DNA of 64,000 nucleotides, taken from assembly GCA_964016885.1 (NCBI GenBank), contig OZ024741.1:86118001-86182000 (forward strand). Direction: 5' to 3'. Position numbers and translations under genes: made by a program. The notes under the pieces were generated by a model. The model did no database searches and was not told the DNA's origin. It saw only the letters and a program-made list of their open reading frames with translations. This DNA comes from Eledone cirrhosa (taxonomy: Eukaryota). Each line of letters begins with the position of its first letter. Position 1 is the first letter of the stretch. This document shows positions 25,490 to 38,300 of the stretch, piece by piece.

Positions 25490-28400
25490 TCCGTTATAAT
25501 GAAATTTTCTTCAATGCCTAGCCACATGTTTGATGCGTTAGGTTGATCTCATTATAAAGAACTTTTTTATACCCCGTGAATTTCGTTATAACAGAATTTC
25601 ACTGTATATATATATATGTTTGTAACTCTTTAAAATTTACACACAAACATACACAATATATTTCCTATCTTGATCATGTTGCTACAAGTTTGATTTGCAA
25701 TCACAATGTCCTGGGTTCTTTAATCTTATTTGTATATGTATATTGAACATTTATGCAATTATATCTTAGAAATAAATTAAAATATACATGTCTTTAATCA
25801 AGTTGTAGATAACTAGAAACTAGATGGTGATCAGTTGACAGCTCAGCCCTTCTTAACACAAACATCCAGCACAGAATCAAAGAGATCAGGGACAATAACA
25901 AAATCAATTATTGATCTCCGTCACTGATTCTCCTTATACCATGTCTATTTATGGTTGTCTCCATGCTGGAAGAATGTGTTTATAATAGAGTCCATTGCTA
26001 GAACAGAAGTCTACTAAGGCCTCTCCATTCATATTTAGATCAGGGTTGCCATGTCTTCCATTCACTCCTTTCCATGTCAGATGGTCAGTGCCAAGATGTG
26101 CATTAAAGTCTCACATCAGGAGATATGACTCAGTCTTAATTACATCTAACACGTGGCTTACTGGTTAGAGCATTGACCTTGCATCTAGCACGTGGCTTAG
26201 TGGTTAGAGCATTGACCTTACAATCGAAAGGTTGTGAGTTCAATTCTCAGACCGGGTGATGTGTTGTGTCCTTGAGCAAGACACTTTATTTCACATTGCT
26301 CCAGTTTACTCAGCTGTAGAAATGAGATGATAGGACTAGGGTCCCTATCATTCCACTGCAAAGTGGTCGTGGAAGTGCCACAGCAAAAAAGCACCCAGCA
26401 CTCACTGTAAATGAGGTTGGTGTTAGGAAGGGCATCCAGCTGTAGAAATCAAGCCAGAATCAGTTCCCGTCCCACCCTTGCAAGCAGGGAAAAAGCGAAC
26501 ATAAAATGAAATGATGATGATGAACACTGGGAATGACCTGTATTCAGACTCCTTGTTTGGTGCATAAACTTGCACCATCCACAGAGACCTATCTTTCAGC
26601 CTAAGCTTCAAGAGGCAAATCCTCCCTCCTAACGGGATCCAATCCATAACACATTCTGACAGCCAGGGGTTTGTGAGTATCCCCACTCCACCTGTGCAGT
26701 TATTTCTGGCGCCACACCTGAATAGTGGAGTTTCTATCCTCCGATAGTGGCCGATAAGGAAGTCAGGACCAGGTATGCAGATACTATTGCATCCAAATTC
26801 AGAAAACTCCCTGGACATTGAGACAGAGTGGAGATTGTTCAGCGCAGCAGTTTCTGCTTCAGCTGTTAAATGCTGCCGGCGAAAGAGGCTTGGTGTGGCG
26901 CCGGGTGGCAGGAGAACCCCTTGGTTCAATCAAGAAGTCAAAGATGCTATCCAAACAAAAAAGGAGGCTTACAAAGCTTGGCTTGGAAATAAGGCCTCCT
27001 TCTTACACTTGTGGTACAAACAGGCACGAAGAATCACAGCAGAGATAGTAAAGGCATTGAAAGATTTTGGGGTTAAGCTGGAATCCAACTTCAGATCATG
27101 AAATAAAGTGTTCTGGCAGATAATCTGCCAACATCATAAGAAGTCCTCTTCCACACCTACTATTAGGAATGCGTTTGGGGGTTCTCCTCTCATCCGAGAG
27201 GTGCATCCTCACGAAGTGGAGAGAATACTTTACTGATCTAAAGCTGATCACAACAGCATCTGGGAGCGTTGACTAATCTCTCAGACTCTGAGGTCACAAA
27301 TGCAGTTAAAGAGCTCAAATGTGGCCAGGCCGCTGAGGAAGATGGAATCTGGCCTGGGATGTTAAAAGCCTTAAATAGAGAAGCTATTCTCTGGCTAACT
27401 TGTGTATGCCAGGTGGCCTGGATCTCTTGAAAGTCACCTAAACAATGGCAATCAAGATTGATAATTCCAATTACAGAGGGAACCCCTCCCCAGTAAAGTC
27501 TATACTAAGTGTCTGGCAAAGAGATGCAAGGATATTGTTGAGTCCAAGCTAGTTAAGGAACAGTGGTTTTTGCCATAGTCACAGCACAGCCAACCAAATA
27601 TTCACACTGCGGCAGGTCTTCAAGAAATCATGGGAGCATTGCCAAGGGGTATATTCTTGTTTTGTCAATCTTGAAAAGGCATATGACCGCGTTCCTCAAG
27701 ACTTGCTGTGGAAGGTTCTGCAGGAATATGGGATCGATGGTCAGCTTCTTGCTATCCTGATGTCACTATACGAATGCCCAAGAATTTGTGTTAAGATAAT
27801 TGGTGCTAAATCGGAACCATTCAATGTGGGAGTCGGACTCTGCCAAGGGTGCATACTGTCACCTCCTATTCATTATTTACATGAACAGAATGGACATGCA
27901 CAGCCAGATTGGAAGTGTAAAATCAGTCAGCTGGAATTTGCAGGTGAGATTGTGTTACTTAACTCAACAGAATACTGACTTGATGCTGAGTGCTGCATGG
28001 CTAGAATGAAAATCAGTGCTGCAAAAACTGAGTCACTCCTCCTCTCAAGGAAGCCTGCGCAGTGCACTCTACATGTAAATGGAGTTCCACTGAAGCAGGT
28101 AGAGAATTTCAAGTATCTCGGCCATGTTCATAAGTGGTATATTGCAAGAAGCTGAATTAAGTGCAAGAATTGCAGGAGCTGGTGCAGTAATGCACCAGCT
28201 TCAGCATTCAGTAATCAGAAGGGAGGTAGGTGTAAAAGCCAAATTCGCAATTCAGTATTCGTGCCAACCCTTACCTATGGTCACGAATCTTGTGTAATGA
28301 CCGAAAGAATGCAAGCAGCCGAAATGGAGTTCCTCTGAAGGGTCTTTGGAGTAACATTACTCGATAGAGTGCGTAGCTTTGGGAGTTACACCGGGTAGAG

Positions 28401-29285
28401 CTGTTACGTCTCTGAATTGAGAGATCATAGCTCCGATACTATGGGCATATGGTTAGAATGTCTCAGGAATGAATCGGTGGACAGATTTTACGGACAAAAC
28501 CAACCGGCGGGAGACTCAGAGGTAGACCCTGAGCAAGATGGTTGGTCTCGCCTTGAGATTCAGCTGGGGATGGTTGTTTCTGACATGACCCACTGGAAGT
28601 AGTGTTTGAGTACTTTGCCCCCACAACCCTCTCAGGAATAAGTGGGCAATGAAGCAGATATCTTTAATCACTTCCATGTGGCAGTAATCAACATAAACTA
28701 TAGGGACTCTCTTATACAAATGATTAAATTATCAAAACACAAATTTCCCTATTTGTATGATTATTTATATATCTGAAAAGACTTGAGATGAGGTGATAAA
28801 AGTTAACCTTCACAATTGCACTTTTCAAAGGCGATCACACAGGACTGAGATCTCTTGTGTTTTGCAGTAACACATAAAACCTGCCTTCCCCTGTACACAG
28901 GTTAAAATATACATCTAGTATTGACCTTCACTTCCTACATCCTAACACCCTACCTATACCCGGACACTACCCTTCACCATGTTCCTAGATTTACCCCAAG
29001 TTCCTAGCCCACACTGTAAAGTGGTCATTTTGGTGACACTATAAAAAGTGCCTAACCCACACTGAAGTGGTTGTGTAGGTAGGTATCATGGCAAAACGTA
29101 CCCAGTACACGCTGTAAATGCAATTGGCTTTAGGAAGGGCATCCGGCCATAGAAACCAAGCCAGACCTAGTTCAGTACGAGTGAGACACAGTCACCTAAT
29201 TTGATTTATCTCGCAACGTGACAACTTATCTAACCCATGCAGGCATGGAAAATAGACGTTAAACAATGATTATGCATATATAAAA

Positions 29286-29341
<56 letters not shown>

Positions 29342-32300
29342 TCATTGTTTAACGTCTATCTTCCACACTAGCATGGGTTTACATTTATATGCTAGCATGA
29401 AAAAATTGACGTGGGAAAATTTACATTTCATCTTGTTTCATTGTTCAGCTCAGCGAGCAGTTGATGGCCTTGTGGCTGTAAGTCAAAAGTCTGGAAATGC
29501 TACCAACCAATTTTCTGGTGAACACCATGCACATGAAGCTCCTGGCCAGGTTAGGCATGAGAAGGAGTTACCGTCTGCAAGTTCTGTACTGGAGGCACAG
29601 AATGATATGCTGGATACTGTGAAACAATTACTTCAACAAACACAAAAGGTTAGCCTTCTTCTATATTTGTTATCCCGTTATTTTGGTGTATATTTGTGTT
29701 TGTCTGTTTCTTGCTAGATAATCCATTTGATAACCTGTCAAAAAACCACCTCTGTTTCTCTGATATAAAACTACCTATTTTAATTTAAAATGATCAACAT
29801 AATTTTTTGAGCTTTTCATGTTACAAATACTATCTTAACCCTTCAGATATTAAAGCAGTTCTGGTTCTATGGAAAGGTTCTTATTTAAATTAAAATCTTT
29901 CAACATAATCTTACATAACAACTATATGTTAAGTTACTTAGTAATGAAATAATTGATAATTTTTATAAATCCTTCAAAATTTTTAATTAATAGAAATATA
30001 GTGTATTTTACAAGAAGTGCAGTCACAAAAGGGTTAATTATTAAATAATTTTGGTAAATCACTCAGAATACAATATATTTCATAAGAAATATGGTTATGG
30101 GAGTAATGCTAAAAATATCAGATACATAATAAAAGAAGCAATGTTGCTATTATCAGAAGAGTTTTGTTGTGGTAGCAGAAACAGTAATGCATTGGAATAA
30201 AAGGTTCCTATTTAAATTTATGTTACATATACATATAGTGAAATAATAATTTTTGTAAATCCTCAAAATTTTTCATTATTAAGCTGATGTTTGGAACATA
30301 AAATATTCTTCCATAAAGTTATTAATATATGAACATTTTAATACCAAACCACCTTTAACTGGCCATGGTTCTATGATTCAAGATTGTTTGTTTAACCCTT
30401 TAGCATGTACATTACTCTATATTTACTATTATATTTTCGCAGTAAAGGTTTTACTTCACATAATATCGAATCTATGAGATTTGGATATTATTTATTTTGA
30501 GAACAATACCTTAACCTCAGTATGAGCGGCTGGTTACAGCCAGTTTGAACAGAAAGAGGGGAGAAAATTCTGTCTGCATACGGCCGGTTTAAATACTAAA
30601 GAGCTAAAAGTGTTCATATTTAAATTTAAGCCTTCCGTAATTTTATGTAAGAAAATGTTTTAACCACCGTCTTAGTAATGAAAAGGTAATATTATAAAAT
30701 CTTTATCTTGATTATTTTCAAAATTATTTGAACATCAGTTAGTGCCTTTCATTAGAAATATGGTAACAAAATTGTTAAAATGAGGTGTTTTAGAAAGAAA
30801 GAAAGAATGGTTAAAAAAAAACAGTTGGTCTGTGCATCCACGTGCTCATGCAATTTGCTTTCCTTAAGCTATATATTTTCCTCTGTCCCTAAATGTTTTC
30901 TTCCCGTCTTATATTAGCAGCCAACAAGTTTGAGTGCTCAGCAACAACAGCTTCAACAACTACAATTGCTGCAACAGCAACTGCTGCAACAGACTGAACT
31001 AATGCAGCAGCCGGCACAACAGCAGCAAGCAGCTGCAATAATAGACAGTAACCTATTGTCACAAATCCAGACTTTGACAAATCAGTTACTTAACAACCAG
31101 ATCAAGACACTGCACTCCAAACCTCCAGAACCTGGGTTCAATAAGGTCGCTATTTTACTGTAAAATTTCTTGTATTTACTTTTCATTGATCCTTTATTTT
31201 TTTCTTTCTCTTTCTTTTGTTTAGACCCTTTTCTCTCAGTTCCATATTCTTCTGATATCCTGTTTATCCATTCTTTTGGTCATCTTTTGATGCCTTTTTA
31301 AAATATTTTTCGTCGTCTTTCAATCTCTTGCCGTTTGGTTGTCTTTTGACCTATCGTATTTTGATCCATCATCTTGCGGTCATCTTTCAATCTATTGTCT
31401 TTCGGTCATCTATCAATCCATTGTCTTTCGGTCATCTATCAATCCATCATCTTGCAGTCATCTTTCGATCCATTATCTTTCGGTCGTCTTTCGATCCATC
31501 ATCTTTTGGCTGTCTTTCGATCCATCTTGCAGTCGTCTTTTGGCCATCTCTCATTCCCTCGTCTTGCAGTCGTCTTTCGATTATCATCTGATCCCTTATC
31601 TATCTTTATTTCTTTTTCTTTCTTTAGTCATATATCTTTCTATGGGCCCTTTATTTTTGCTTTCCACACAGATCCCTAGCTTTCTCTTTATAATTCTCCA
31701 TCTGTTTCTCTCTCTCTCTCTCTTTTCTTTTCACATTCACTCTCCCTGTCTCTCCCTTTATCTGTCATATTCACTTCCCCTTTTTCCCTTTCTATCATAG
31801 ATTTTATTATTTATTTCCATTTAAACTTTTTTATATGAAATCTTTTGTTTTTAAAACCAAAACATTAGACCATATTCCTCCTCCATTACATTTTCTGTCT
31901 TTTTCTTTTTAATGTGTTTTAGTTTATAACTATTAAATAGCTTTACACATGATAGTACTGAAGCCCCTGTCATTAAAACACCTGAGTGACCTCCCTTAAA
32001 ATACAACTTCATAGGAGGCCAACTAAACCGTCTATTTATGAGCTCTAACAACTAAATAGTTGAATTAGATTCAAATTAATGAATCTAGATTTCTCATTCC
32101 TTTGTGTCTGTATTGTATCAGGGAAAATTATCTGGGCTACAAATATATTGTGGCTCTGTAAGCTATACATGCCATTCCTGTTGTAAGCAGAAATCAACTA
32201 GGGAGCATCATGAGATTGCTTAATCCCTAATAAATAATCAAGTATCCTTGTAATTTTTATCCATACCTTTGAGATAATGAGTGTTCTTGTGGCAACTTTA

Positions 32301-35300
32301 TTCCCACCAATCCTTTTGGTACCACTCAATTGATTCCATCACAAGACCATCTTTTTAAAAAATGGAAGTGTATATGAGATAATGTTTATACACTGTCATT
32401 GAGGTCAACTTGGTTTTATATCCTTCCCTTTGAAACGATCATTATTATTTGCAATATATTTTAACAATTTATTAAATTATTGGTTTAAATTCCCTTTAGA
32501 AGTTGCTGGACTTTGATTATGGGGAAAGTGATGATGAAGAAGACAAACATGAAGATAACTCTGATGGCATTCCTGGGTAAGAATTTATTTATTTATTACT
32601 AGTGTAGTACCCATAAAATATGATAGTTTATTTCTGACTATCTTTCAATAATAATCATTCTGCTTCAAGCTCTGCTCTATTTTGTTGTGGGTCTGTTTTA
32701 AAACAAGTAGATTGTGTCCTTGCATGTTGTAATGAAATACACTCTATTTTAATTAATGAAGAATTTTGAGGGATTTAAAATTATTAGTATGATTCTTAGA
32801 TAAAATTGTTGGAGATTTTAATTTAAATAGAAATCCTTTAAAATAAGTGGCTTTGTTTCATAGAACTATGACTGGTTGTTATCAGGTTGATATCAAAAGG
32901 GTTAGCATAGTGCCTATAAAAAATTACAGGCTTTATTTCTGGCTCCCTTTTCAGTAATTTTTAATTATTTGGCTTCAAGTTTTGTTCCATATAATTAAAC
33001 CTTCGCAGCATTAAGCTGTTGTTGGGAAACAAAGGGTACATACATAAAATTATAATGGAAAGTTTTTTGATAAATATAGGCACCTTACTCTATATTTATG
33101 ATTGTATTTTCACAGTAAACACTTTATTTCACATAATATTGAATCGTGGAGAGTTTGATATTATTTAGTTTGAGGACAATACTTTAATATAAGTATGAGT
33201 GACCGGTTTGAACAGAAAGAGGTGAGAGAATTCTGGTCGGACACGGACTGTTTAAATGCTAATGGGTTAAATCAAATAGTTTTATAAAATAGAACCATAC
33301 GTAGTTTCAGCCAGTTTAGACTCAAAAGGATTAATTATTGTGTATGTGTGTGTGTATATATATATATATATCATTGTTTTTTTCCCGTCCCCAGAAATGT
33401 GCAGACTATTTTGAATGATCCGACGATCATGCAACAGATTCACCAGATGTCCCAGACCATCAAGAAAACAGAACAACTGAAAAATGAACTGAACATGCAA
33501 GAACAGATTCGGCAGCAGCTCCTGAAGCAACAGGAGAAAGAGTTTAATCAACAGATTAGTCAAGTGAGTAGTTTACATCAGTGAAGTCAATATTTGTTGT
33601 GGATTATAATGTTTAGTTTTGTAAGATAGATCATCATCGTTTTAGGTTCACTTTCCATGTTGGTATAGGTTGGAAAGTTTGTGATCCTAGTATAGCTTAA
33701 TCTAAGAACCACATCTTGCCCATATATTCCTTATTTGGCATGGTTTCTACAGCTGGAGGCCACTTAAGTGTATTAGGTATATTTTATTGTGGTACCGACA
33801 CTACCACTTTACAAGGTATAACTAAGTGCATTTTATCATGATACCAGCATTAGAGAGATTGTCACAATGCTTAGCCAGACTGAAAAATCCTTGCCTAGAA
33901 CTTCACAAAGTGTCAGAGCATCAGAATTAATTGTAGAGAAAATATAGCAGCTGATATTTTAATTAGCTTTACTATATTTCTTTGTATAATACGATTTGAT
34001 TATAATACAACTTCTCTTTCTGTAGCTTAAAAAAGTAAATTACATTCTTGTGTATACTTTGACCTTAGAATACAACTATGTCTATTTAATATATTTAACG
34101 TATACCATGTTATTCGAAGGTGCATTGCTTGATGATTAGGGTATTCGAATCTCAATCATAAGGTTCTGAGTTTGATTCTTAGACTGTGCAGCACATCCTT
34201 GAGCAAAACATTTTATTTCGCATTGATCCAGTCTACTGAGCTGGCAAAATTGAGTTGTCACATTGTCGTGCTGAATCTCCCTGAGAACTGCATTGAAGAT
34301 GTATATGTCTTTGGAATGCTCAACCACTAACACATTAATTTCACAAGCATGCAGATCTGTTGATTGAATCAAGTGGGGCACTCATGATCTGATACGGCAG
34401 AAGCCCAACAACACCATGTTATCTATCAAAATCCTTATATCACACAATATTCAGTTTCTCATTCAAGCAGGAGAGGTGGGAGTATATCATTTAATAGTTA
34501 GACCTCAATTGTAGCTAATATTTTGTCAATTTCCTGTCTTTGATGGTGTTCAATTATGTTGATTCCCAAGAAACATATTGCCGATATCATATACCATTTG
34601 TAAACAATTATTAATGCATATTTATAATCCTTACCATTTGAAATGAGTACTTTTAAACTCTGTAAAACATTTCTGAAAACATATACTTATGTAATTGTCA
34701 CGACAAAAAGCACCCAATCCACACTGTAAAAGTGTTTGGCGTTAGGAAAAGCATCCAGCTATAGAAACCTAGCCGGAAAAACTCCTATATGAATAAGACA
34801 TGGTCACCTGGCCCAACTTACCTCAAATGGAACGACCCAAGCTAGCGTGGAAAATGGACATTAAACGATGATGATGATATACTCTTGGATAATTTGACAC
34901 CTTTTTTTTTTTTTTCCCCCTTTAATTTTAGTTTCAAATTTCTTGTATTATACACAAGAAAATACTGTAATTTAATTAGCTAGTATGTTTATTTATATAT
35001 ACAGCATCTATCTGGTTTAGAATAATTACACTGTTTCCAGCAGTAAAACATTGCTTCAAGAAGGACCATGTACTGGCTATGAAGCTTGTTATAAAGATTA
35101 TTTATTTATATGAGTTGCTGAACTTTTAACTTCTTTCTTTTTGATATTTCAGGAACCACCCCCACAAATTCAACACCATATCCCTGTTGCACCACAGATG
35201 CCACCTCAGCCACCCCCTCCATCACAAATTATTCAAAACCAACCTCCTCCAATGCATCCACCAATGCCTTACTATGTTTCTGAACCTCCATACCCAGCAG

Positions 35301-38300
35301 CACCACCAAATCAAAATGATCTCTCAGAGCGAATTGAATTGGACAACCGACATGACCGTCACTATGGCGAAGTGCCTAACACTGAGGTGATAGTTATTGA
35401 TGACCAGCCCGATATCCATAAAACCTCTCGCAACAGGGATCGATCAAGGTCCAGGTTTGTATTCTTTTATTTTCTTTCCTTTCCTTGTCTCAACTCTCTC
35501 AAAAATCAATACTTCTTACAGAGATCTTTCAGGCTTGTGTCCCTATCATTAAAACACTCCAGAAACCTCCTATAAGATGCAACTCCATAGGAGTTGAGTT
35601 GTAGCAACATGATAGGACTGGAGTCCTTATCATTAAAACGTCCTAGAAACCTTGAGCCAACTAAATCTGCATAGGCGTGAGCTGCAACAACTTTCAATTT
35701 GATTGTGAAGCTCATAACCTAGATATTACTAATGAGTCCTCTCCATTCTGTTGTCTCTGAACATGCCCTTATTTTGTCACAACTTTGAAAAGTCAGTATT
35801 TCTTTCAGAGCACTTACTGACAGAGGCTTCTCTATCATCAAAATACCCCCCAAAAAACATCATATGAGGCTGGCTGAGCCTGCACAGATGTGATCCACAA
35901 CTTTCACTTTGACTATCAAACCTATAACTTAGCTCTGCTCTATAGTTCACATTTGATCACAATTCTCATTTTTGTTTGTTATATGTTTCCTCAAGTCAAT
36001 CCTAATCCAGCAGGCCTAAAATTCTTCCAGTTCTCACGAATGTGGCTTTTACTCAGACGTGTTTTTATGTAATGGCATAGGTTCGATGTTTCAATAAATT
36101 GAATACATGATTTATCCATCTCATTCCATTCCACTTCACATTCATCATTGGCTCCATTCCCATCACTCTTCTCAGCCAGCCACTTTTATCCTTCCTCAAC
36201 CCACGACCCAAGCATCTCATTCCATTTTTCTCCACGATATCATCTTTTTGAAAATAATCAAATCCCTACGTTATGTTCATAATGAAATAATTAATTTTCA
36301 CCCCTTATTCTACAATACAAAAGAGTTTTAAGTGATATTCCAAACTCCGGCTTAATAATGGAGAAGTTTATTACTAAATTCTTACAAATTGTTGATTATT
36401 TTAAAATTATAGGATCATTAGAAATATGGTAACGAATTTCTTTTGATCATTTATTAGATCACCTCGACGCAAGAAGAGATCTAGATCAAGATCTCGGGAG
36501 AGGCGGAGACGATCACGTTCTCGAGATCGGGATCGAGACAGGGATCGAAGTGACAGAGAAAGGGACAGAGATCGACGTAAGCGTTCAAGGTAATTATTTG
36601 TTTATTCTTTTTATATTGGTTTCGGTCTCCTCTACATTATTTCTGTTTGCCTGTGTGTATCCAGTTTAGAATAACTACACTATCCCTGCATGTTGTATGA
36701 GGCAACTAATATGGTTGGCTCCATGAAGGGCAGTGCCCTAAAAAGGACACCATGGTGAATATGATTAAGCCTGTCATAGGGCCTACAATGCTAACCCTCA
36801 CTTTAACAAAGGAATGGCTTCTTCAGTCATTGGATTATGGCAATGTTGAGGCAGATTTTATCGATTTATATTTGTCAAAAGTTTGCACACACATTTACAT
36901 GTATATGCACATCTTACAAGTTAATGTTTGTCCCAAGTCTGGAGGCTCATCAGGCATTAAGTGGTTGAGAATACAAAACTTTCCTCTCAACAGGATGCAA
37001 CCCATTGCATAAGTTAACCTCCAGCTGTTGGTAATACAATATATCACCTCTTCAGGAATAAAATCCATGTGATTGTAAGCACAATACTGTAACCACTAAG
37101 CTGTGCATCTTGACATCTAATTAAGAAGGCATGTAGCCTAGTGGTTAGGGTATTGGACTCATTGATTCAATTTTTGGACCAGGCAGTGTATTATGTCTCT
37201 GAGCATGATGCTTCATTTCACATTGCTCTTGTTCACTTAGCTGACAAATATTGAGTGCCTGCAGCAACTAGGAGTTAACTCCTACAACAGGTTAAAATAC
37301 TCAAAGCCTATGAGATGTAATTCCTTCTTATAGGGAGGAAAAAAATTATATTTGATTTGTTGTAATAAATAGCTTCTTCCAAATATTTTTGCTATTTAGA
37401 TCACGAGAAAGGGAGCGCCAGCGAGAAAAAGAAAGGGAACGCAGACGAAAGGGGCTTCCATCGATTAAAGAGAGATACCTAAGTGGTAAGTAGGGCTTAT
37501 TCTCTTTAGATTTTCTTTATTTTATTCAGAGCATATGACAACCTCTCTGGTGCTTGTACAACAATAAAGTGCACCCAGTACACACTGTAGAATTATTGCA
37601 GATTATATATGATTATTAATATAGAGGGTCAGACACCACGCTTTCCAGCATAGTTACGTCCCTTTACGATCTGAGTTCAAATTCCGCCGAGTTTGACTTT
37701 GCCTTTCATCCTTACGGGGTCGATAAAATAAAGTACCAGTAATGCACTGGGTAATTGCTGGCCTTGTGCCTAAAGTAGAAACAATTATTATATATTGGCA
37801 GTATTGGTAGAGGACATGCTTTATAACATAGTTATGGCCCTTTGTTCTGAGTTCAAATCCCACCAAGGTTAACTTTGCCTTACAGTCTATAAAATAAAAT
37901 ACCAGTAACACTGGGGTTGATTTAATCAACTTGCCCCTTCCCTTCAAATTGCTGGCCTTATGCCAAAAGTAGAAGCAATTATTATTAGATATAAAATATA
38001 CTTACAAAGAGTAAAAATTAGAACCATTAATTTATGTTTGCGCCTGTGAAACTGCATCCATATGTGCATAGCAATTGTGACTGGCTGATAGTATCAACAA
38101 TGGAAAGACTAATGGAAACATATATGTGTGTTTATGTATATATTTCATCGTTAACATTTCACGTCTGTTTTCTGTGCTAGCATAATTTATATATACACAC
38201 ATATATCTTTGCTTTTACAACAATAGAAAAGTTTAAATATGATAAATTTCTCTTTCAGTGTGTACCAGAACTATATGGCTAGGGCATATAGCTAAAGTTA

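Noticed and set aside
31270-31590. Regular repeats that superficially resemble a CRISPR array or coding repeat
   Set aside because: Contiguous degenerate tandem units with no unique spacers, no cas genes, and a eukaryotic intron context
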